From Deltaproteobacteria bacterium (GTDB lineage Bacteria; Desulfobacterota; Deferrimicrobia; Deferrimicrobiales; Deferrimicrobiaceae): a DNA stretch of 59,324 nt. The DNA is taken from contig JACRNP010000029.1 in the NCBI GenBank assembly GCA_016234845.1, positions 1-59,324 on the forward strand. Reading direction: 5' to 3'. The translations under genes were made by a program, and so were the position numbers. The notes under the pieces were generated by a model. It made no database searches. It saw nothing but the letters and a program-made list of their open reading frames with translations, and was not told the origin of the DNA. Shown in pieces: positions 53,708 through 59,324 of this stretch (its first letter is position 1; every line of letters starts with the position of its first letter).

Positions 53708-53811
53708 AGTGCTCCCTCGAAGGCGTATCGTGAATACGCCGAGGGAGGGTAACGAAGCCGGGGCGGATGCAGCGGCGCTCGAATGTGAGCGTATTTATGA
53801 AAGGGAGCACT
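53708..53811 (-). promoter_or_regulatory. Structured intergenic element with 10-bp terminal inverted repeats and a hairpin covering the meaB SD
   Basis: AGTGCTCCCT (53708-17) / AGGGAGCACT (53802-11); internal CTCCCTC-GAA-GGCGTAT-CGTGA-ATACGCC-GAGGGAG. Confidence 0.55.
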
Positions 53812-54989
53812 TAGTACCCCCGGATCAGCTTGCGGGCGATGATGATCCTCTGCACCTCGGAGGTCCCCTCGCCGATCTCGCAGAGCTTGGCGTCGCGCAT
53901 GAACCGCTCCGCCGGGTACTCCTGCGTGTACCCGTACCCGCCGAAGATCTGCACCGCCTTGATGGTCCCCCGCATCGCCGCCTCGGAGGCGAACAGCTTC
54001 GCCATCGCCGCTTCCTGCGCGTACGGGAGCCCCCGGTCCTTCAGGTACGCGGCGCGGAACGTCAGGAGCTCCGCGGCCTCGAGTTCGGTCGCCATGTCGG
54101 CGAGCATCCACTGGATCGCCTGGAACTCCGCGATGGGCTGGCCGAACTGGGTCCTCTCGCGGGCGTACGACAGCGCCTCCTGCATCGCCCCCATGCCGAT
54201 CCCCGTGGCGAGGGCCGCGATCGAGATCCTTCCCCCGGCGAGGTTCCGCATCGTGTCCCGGAAGCCGGAGTTCACCGTTCCCACGATCGCGTCGTCCCCG
54301 ACCTCCATGTCCTCGAACACCAGCTCCGCCGTGTCGGAGGAGCGCATACCCAGCTTGTCGAGCTTCCGGCCGACCGAGAGTCCCTTCGTCCCCGCGGGGA
54401 CCACGAAGGCCGTGATCCCGTCCTTCCCCTTCTCCTTGTCCGTCACGGCCAGGATCACGTACACCCCGCCGACGCTCCCCTGCGTGATGAACATCTTGTT
54501 CCCGTTGATGATCCATCGGTCGCCCGCCCGTTCGGCCCTCGTGCGCATCGCGACGGAATCCGAGCCGGACCCGGGCTCGGTGAGCCCCCAGGCTCCGAGC
54601 GTCGAACCGGATGTGAGGCCGGGGAGGTATCTCCGCTTGATCTCCTCGGAACCGAACCCGAGGATGTGGGCGGTGCAAAGGGAGTTGTGGGAGGCTACGG
54701 TGAGCCCCAGGGAGCCGTCCCCCCGGGCGATCTCGGAGACGGCGATCGCGTAGCTCACCGTGTCCATCCCGGCGCCGCCGTACTCCTCCGGGACCATCGC
54801 CCCCAGGATCCCGAGCTCTCCGAGCTTCGCGACCGTCTCCGACGGGAATTTCCCGGTGACGTCCCAGTCGTGCGCGTGCGCGCGCACCTCCTTCGCGACG
54901 AACGAGCGCAGCATGTCCCGCAGCGCCTGCTGCTCGGACGTGAGCGAAAAGTCGACTTCCCCGTTTTTCGGGCACGCGCCAGCCGTCAT
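53811..54989 (-). CDS. Acyl-CoA dehydrogenase
   Basis: GLTEPGSGSD, NGNKMFIT, KLGMRSSDT, RTQFG, QIFGGYGY, IGEGTSEVQR. Confidence 0.93.
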   Translation of the reverse strand: MTAGACPKNGEVDFSLTSEQQALRDMLRSFVAKEVRAHAHDWDVTGKFPSETVAKLGELGILGAMVPEEYGGAGMDTVSYAIAVSEIARGDGSLGLTVASHNSLCTAHILGFGSEEIKRRYLPGLTSGSTLGAWGLTEPGSGSDSVAMRTRAERAGDRWIINGNKMFITQGSVGGVYVILAVTDKEKGKDGITAFVVPAGTKGLSVGRKLDKLGMRSSDTAELVFEDMEVGDDAIVGTVNSGFRDTMRNLAGGRISIAALATGIGMGAMQEALSYARERTQFGQPIAEFQAIQWMLADMATELEAAELLTFRAAYLKDRGLPYAQEAAMAKLFASEAAMRGTIKAVQIFGGYGYTQEYPAERFMRDAKLCEIGEGTSEVQRIIIARKLIRGY

Positions 54990-55020
54990 TCCCGATCCCC
55001 TCCCGTGATCTCTTCCCGTC

Positions 55021-55473
55021 CTAACGGCGCGGCTGGATCCGGCCGTTCACGTATTCGACGATCTCCTGGATCGTGGTCCCCGGCGTGAACACCCGGTCCA
55101 CTCCCTTCTTCATCAGCTTGGGGATGTCCCCGTCGGGGATGATCCCGCCTCCGAAGACGACCACGTTCCCCATCTTCTTCTCCTTCAGGAGCTCCATCAC
55201 CTTCGGGAAGAGGTAGTTGTGCGCACCGGAGAGGATGGAGAGGCCGATCCCGTCGACGTCTTCCTGGGCCGCCGCGTTCACGATCATCTCCGGCGTCTGG
55301 TGCAGCCCGGTGTAGATGACCTCGATGCCGGCGTCCCGCAGCGCCCGCGCGATGATCTTGGCGCCCCGGTCGTGGCCGTCGAGCCCCGGCTTCCCGACCA
55401 GGATGCGGACCTTACGGGAACTTTTCCCCTGCGGGGGGGCCGCCTTCGCCGACTTTCCCTTTGCCGTCGCCAT
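55021..55473 (-). CDS. Cobalamin-binding small subunit of acyl-CoA mutase (IcmB/McmB-like)
   Basis: [12 protein letters not shown] (DxHxxG), [16 protein letters not shown]. Confidence 0.93.
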   Translation of the reverse strand: MATAKGKSAKAAPPQGKSSRKVRILVGKPGLDGHDRGAKIIARALRDAGIEVIYTGLHQTPEMIVNAAAQEDVDGIGLSILSGAHNYLFPKVMELLKEKKMGNVVVFGGGIIPDGDIPKLMKKGVDRVFTPGTTIQEIVEYVNGRIQPRR

Positions 55474-55499
55474 GTCCTTTCCTCCTGGAAAATGTCTTC

Positions 55500-57182
55500 C
55501 TAGAACATCGCGGGGTCGGTGTAGACCCCCATCGTCTCACGGAGGGTATCGCACATCTCGCCCAGCGTCACGTACTCCCTCGCGGCGTCGACCAGGAGCG
55601 GCATCAGGTTCACCTTCGGGTCGAGGGAGGCTTCCGAAAGCGCCGAGAGCCGCGACTCGACCCGCTTCCGGTTCCGTTTCCGGCGGACGTCCCGTGTCCT
55701 CGCCACCTGCCGCCTCTCGACGTCCGGATCGATCTTGAGCAGGGGGATCGGAGGCTCCTCGTCGATCTTGTACGCGTTGACCCCGACGATCCGCTTCTCG
55801 CCCGAGTCGACCAGCCGTTGGTGGTGGAACGCGGCGTCCGCGATCTCCCGCTGCGGGTATCCCCGCTTGACCGCCGCCACCATGCCGCCCATGTCGTCGA
55901 TCCGGCGGATGTACTCCATCGCCTTCGCCTCCATCTCGTCGGTCAGCCGCTCGACGAAGAACGAGCCGCCCAGCGGGTCGATGGTGTTCGCCGCGCCGGA
56001 CTCCTCGGCGATGATCTGCTGGGTCCGCAGGGCGACCATCACCGACTGCTCCGTGGGGAGGGCCAGTGTCTCGTCCATCGAGTTGGTGTGCAGCGACTGG
56101 GTTCCTCCGAGGACGCCGGACAGCGCCTGGAGGGCGACCCGCACGACGTTGTTCATCGGCTGCTGGGCGGTGAGCGTGCAGCCGGCCGTCTGCGTGTGGA
56201 ACCGCAGCTTCCAGGAGTTCTCGTCCTTCGCGTGGAACCGGTCCCGCAGGATGCGCGCCCACATCCGCCGCGCCGCGCGGTACTTGGCGATCTCCTCGAA
56301 GAAGTCCATGTGCGCGTTGAAGAAGTAGGAAAGCCGCGGGGCGAACTTGTCCACCGGGATTCCGGCCTCGATTCCCGCCTGGACGTACGCGATCCCGTCG
56401 GCGATGGTGAACGCGAGCTCCTGGACCGCGGTGGATCCCGCTTCCCGGATGTGGTAGCCGCTGATGCTGATCGTGTTCCACTTGGGCACGTTGTCCGCGC
56501 AGTAGGCGAGGATGTCCGTGATGATCCGCATGGACGGCTCGGGGGGGAAGATCCAGGAGTGCTGCGCGATGTACTCCTTCAGGATGTCGTTCTGGATCGT
56601 TCCGCCGAGCTTCGCGAACGGGACTCCCTGCTTCTCGGCGACCGCCAGGTACATCGCGAAGACCATCGCGGCGGGGCCGTTGATGGTCATGGAGGTCGTG
56701 ACCTTGTCGAGCGGTATCCCGTCGAACAGGATCTCCATGTCCTTCAGCGAATCCACCGCCACGCCGCACATCCCCACCTCCCCCCGCGCCCGGGGAGAGT
56801 CGGAGTCGTACCCCATGAGCGTCGGGAAGTGGAACGCGGTGGAGAGGCCGGTCTGCCCCTGCGAGAGCAGGAATTTGAACCGCTCGTTGGTGTTCTCCGC
56901 GGAACCGTATCCCGCGAACTGGCGCATGGTCCAGAGCCGTCCCCGGTACATCGACGGCTGGACGCCGCGGGTGTACGGGAAGCGGCCCGGGAATCCCAGA
57001 TCCTCCTCGTAATCGAGGTTGGAGAGCGCGTCGGGGGTGTAGAGGACGCCGATCTCCTCGTCGGACACCGTGGAAAAGCGCCCGAGCCGTTCCGGGGACC
57101 TGCGGATCGCCGGGGCCAGGCATTCGTCCTGCCATTTCTTCCGGTTCGAGGCGGTATCCGCGAGTCTCTTCCTGTCGTACAT
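55500..57182 (-). CDS. icmA: Acyl-CoA mutase large subunit, isobutyryl-CoA mutase-like
   Basis: [10 protein letters not shown] (Phe), [11 protein letters not shown] (Gln), [22 protein letters not shown]. Confidence 0.8.
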   Translation of the reverse strand: MYDRKRLADTASNRKKWQDECLAPAIRRSPERLGRFSTVSDEEIGVLYTPDALSNLDYEEDLGFPGRFPYTRGVQPSMYRGRLWTMRQFAGYGSAENTNERFKFLLSQGQTGLSTAFHFPTLMGYDSDSPRARGEVGMCGVAVDSLKDMEILFDGIPLDKVTTSMTINGPAAMVFAMYLAVAEKQGVPFAKLGGTIQNDILKEYIAQHSWIFPPEPSMRIITDILAYCADNVPKWNTISISGYHIREAGSTAVQELAFTIADGIAYVQAGIEAGIPVDKFAPRLSYFFNAHMDFFEEIAKYRAARRMWARILRDRFHAKDENSWKLRFHTQTAGCTLTAQQPMNNVVRVALQALSGVLGGTQSLHTNSMDETLALPTEQSVMVALRTQQIIAEESGAANTIDPLGGSFFVERLTDEMEAKAMEYIRRIDDMGGMVAAVKRGYPQREIADAAFHHQRLVDSGEKRIVGVNAYKIDEEPPIPLLKIDPDVERRQVARTRDVRRKRNRKRVESRLSALSEASLDPKVNLMPLLVDAAREYVTLGEMCDTLRETMGVYTDPAMF

Positions 57183-57196
57183 GGGTCGTTCCTCCC

Positions 57197-57736
57197 CTAC
57201 CTCTCTATGCCGACGCGCGCGTCGACTCCCGCCTTGTAGTAATGCTTGATCTCGCGCATCTCCGTCACGAGGTCGGCCGCCTCCAGGATCTCGGGGGGGG
57301 CTCCCCTGCCGGTGAGAATCAGCTCCATCCCGTCCGGTTTCCGCCGCAGCGCTTCCAGCACCTCCCCGACGGGGATCAGGCCGAAATCCATGGCGCAGTT
57401 GATCTCGTCGAGGACCAGGATGTCCGCCTGCCGCCCCTCGATGATCCGTTTCGCCTTCTCCCACCCCTGCTTCGCGAGGCGGACGTCCTCCGGGTCCGGG
57501 TTCCTCCGGTTCACGAAGGTGTCCCGGCCGGCCTGGACGATCTCGACCTGGGGGGCGAGCCTCCGGACCCCCTCGAGCTCCCCGTAGTCGATCCAACCCT
57601 TCATGAACTGCAGGATCGCGACCTTCAGGCCGTGGCCGGCGGCGCGGACCGCGAGCCCGAGGGAGGCGGTCGTCTTCCCCTTCCCGTTTCCGGTGTAGAC
57701 CTGCACGTACCCCTTGCCGATGTCCCCGGGACGCAT
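57197..57736 (-). CDS. btuR: Cob(I)alamin adenosyltransferase (BtuR/CobO family)
   Basis: [43 protein letters not shown]. Confidence 0.93.
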   Translation of the reverse strand: MRPGDIGKGYVQVYTGNGKGKTTASLGLAVRAAGHGLKVAILQFMKGWIDYGELEGVRRLAPQVEIVQAGRDTFVNRRNPDPEDVRLAKQGWEKAKRIIEGRQADILVLDEINCAMDFGLIPVGEVLEALRRKPDGMELILTGRGAPPEILEAADLVTEMREIKHYYKAGVDARVGIER

Positions 57737-57746
57737 TCCTCCGCCC

Positions 57747-58877
57747 CTACCGCAGGATCGAACGCGAGATCACCAGGCGCTGGACCTCGGACGTCCCCTC
57801 GTAGATCGTGGTCACCTTGATGTCGCGCAGGTGACGCTCCACCGGGTATTCCCGGATGTACCCGTACCCGCCGAGGACCTGGACCGCCTTGTGGCACGCG
57901 CGGTTTCCCGCCTCCGTGGCGAAGACCTTCGCCATCGAGGCTTCCTTCGCGTACGGAACCCCTTTGTCCTTCAGGAAGGCGGCCCGGTAGGCCAGAAGCT
58001 GGGCTGCGTCCAGCTCGGTGACGGCGTCCGCCAGCATCCACTGGATCGCCTGGAAATCGGAAATCGGCTGGCCGAACTGCCTCCGGTCCTTCGCGTACTC
58101 CGCCGCCGCCGCAACCGCCGCGCGGGCGATCCCGATCGCCTGGGAAGCGATCCCGATCCGCCCGCCGTCCAGCGCCGCGAGCGCGATCTTCAGCCCTTCG
58201 CCCGGCTTTCCGAGCATGGACGATTTCGGCACCCGGCAGCCGTCGAAGGAGAGGGAGACGGTGTCGGAACCTTTCAGCCCCATCTTGTGCTCGCGCTTCC
58301 CGACCGAATATCCCGGGGTCCCCGGAGGAACGAGGAACGCGGAAATCCTCCGGGGCGATTTCTGCGTGACCGCCATGACGATCGAGACGCAGGCGTTCCC
58401 TCCGTTGGTGATGAAAACCTTCGACCCGTCGATGACGAACGCGTCGCCGTCCTCCCGGGCGAAGGTCGTAAGCCCCCCCGCGTCGGATCCGGCACCGGGC
58501 TCGGTGAGGGCGAACGCGCCGGCCCCCTTTCCGCCGGACAGGAGCGGGAGGTACGCGCGTCGCTGCTCCTCGGACCCGAACCGGAAGATCGCCTCTCCCA
58601 CCATGTTGGTGACCGCCATCCCGACGCCGGTGGATGCGCAGCCGCCCGCGACCTCCCGCAAGGCGACGCTGTAGGCGACCGGTCCCGCGTCGGAGCCGCC
58701 GTATTCGGCGGAGTACAGCATCCCCAGGAGCCCCAGCTCCGCGAGGCGGGTCATGTTCTCCGCCGGGTAGCGGCTCTCCTCGTCGACCGCCGCGGCCTTC
58801 GGGGCGAACTCCTTCCGCGCCAGGTTCCGGACCATGTCCTCGACCTGGAGCTGCTCTTCGGAAAGGAGGAAATCCAT
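57747..58877 (-). CDS. Acyl-CoA dehydrogenase (butyryl-CoA dehydrogenase-like)
   Basis: FALTEPGAGSDA, GSKVFITN, KMGLKGS, LDGGRIGIA, QVLGGYGY, IYEGTSEVQR. Confidence 0.93.
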   Translation of the reverse strand: MDFLLSEEQLQVEDMVRNLARKEFAPKAAAVDEESRYPAENMTRLAELGLLGMLYSAEYGGSDAGPVAYSVALREVAGGCASTGVGMAVTNMVGEAIFRFGSEEQRRAYLPLLSGGKGAGAFALTEPGAGSDAGGLTTFAREDGDAFVIDGSKVFITNGGNACVSIVMAVTQKSPRRISAFLVPPGTPGYSVGKREHKMGLKGSDTVSLSFDGCRVPKSSMLGKPGEGLKIALAALDGGRIGIASQAIGIARAAVAAAAEYAKDRRQFGQPISDFQAIQWMLADAVTELDAAQLLAYRAAFLKDKGVPYAKEASMAKVFATEAGNRACHKAVQVLGGYGYIREYPVERHLRDIKVTTIYEGTSEVQRLVISRSILR

Positions 58878-58884
58878 TTCCCGC

Positions 58885-59324
58885 CTACCCTTTGAGGAGC
58901 GCGGAAGCGATGACCAGCCGCTGGATCTCCGATGTCCCCTCGTAGATTTCCGTGATCTTGGCGTCGCGGAAGTGCCGCTCGGCCGGGTACTCCTTGATGT
59001 ACCCGTACCCGCCGTGGATCTGGACCCCCTTGACCGCCGCGCGCATCGCCGTTTCGGACGCGTACAGCTTCGCCATGGACGACTCCTTCGAATGCCGCAT
59101 CTTCCGGTCCTTCATCCACGCCGCCCGCCATGTGAGGAGCCTGGCCGCGTCGATCTCGGTCGCCATGTCGGCCAGCATCCACTGGATCGCCTGGAAGTCG
59201 CTGGTCGCCTGGCCGAACTGCCTGCGGTCCTTCGAATACGCCAGGGCGTCCGCGTACGACGCGCGGGCGATCCCGAGCGCCTGCGCGGCGATCCCGATGC
59301 GGCCGCCGTCCAGGGTGTTCATGG
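58885..59324 (-). CDS. Acyl-CoA dehydrogenase, C-terminal part (5' truncated by window)
   Basis: TLDGGRIGIAAQA, RRQFG, QIHGGYGY, IYEGTSEIQR. Confidence 0.92.
   Translation of the reverse strand, partial: MNTLDGGRIGIAAQALGIARASYADALAYSKDRRQFGQATSDFQAIQWMLADMATEIDAARLLTWRAAWMKDRKMRHSKESSMAKLYASETAMRAAVKGVQIHGGYGYIKEYPAERHFRDAKITEIYEGTSEIQRLVIASALLKG

Noticed and set aside
53708-53811. Canonical cobalamin riboswitch
   Set aside because: Short, and lacks a recognisable B12-box or the conserved core motifs; kept only as a generic structured element.

Overview
GC-rich bacterial chromosome segment. The gene set and the multiheme cytochrome suggest a Deltaproteobacteria-like organism, possibly Deferrimicrobium/MBNT15-like; this is inference only. 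From 1 to 33.7 kb the + strand carries housekeeping genes: lysC, cimA, cysE-rrf2-iscS-mnmA-mtaB-rnc-era-der, guaBA-dnaE-hflX, tRNA-Val, thrS-infC-rpmI-rplT-pheST-ihfA-merR, tRNA-Pro, surE-pcm-M23-apt and tRNA-Arg. The 33.8-41 kb stretch is accessory: a multiheme cytochrome operon with two redoxins, and a diguanylate cyclase. From 43.7 kb to the end all genes are on the - strand: GH57, c-di-GMP signalling genes, miaB, and a B12 acyl-CoA mutase cluster with three acyl-CoA dehydrogenases. Main discovery: the two gene blocks converge on a chromosome dimer-resolution (dif) site at 41079-41106, whose XerD arm and spacer match E. coli dif at 16/17 positions. A second dif-like copy at 43712-43739 has the same XerC arm and spacer but a degenerate XerD arm. 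Together they bracket a 2,633-bp, integrase-free, AT-rich element, the geometry of an integrative element exploiting host XerCD (IMEX, TLC/GGI type). It carries three orphan ORFs, including a membrane-protein plus soluble-protein pair. Other notable points: the mutase has isobutyryl-CoA mutase (Phe/Gln) active-site residues; the 12-heme cytochrome has a CxxCK motif; pheS (substrate-binding motif) and thrS have in-frame deletions; ppx lacks a canonical start codon; there is a REC-DUF4388 protein with a pseudo-GTPase-like tail and an I-site-only GGDEF protein; and a structured intergenic element sequesters the meaB ribosome-binding site. No CRISPR array, rRNA or transposase was seen.
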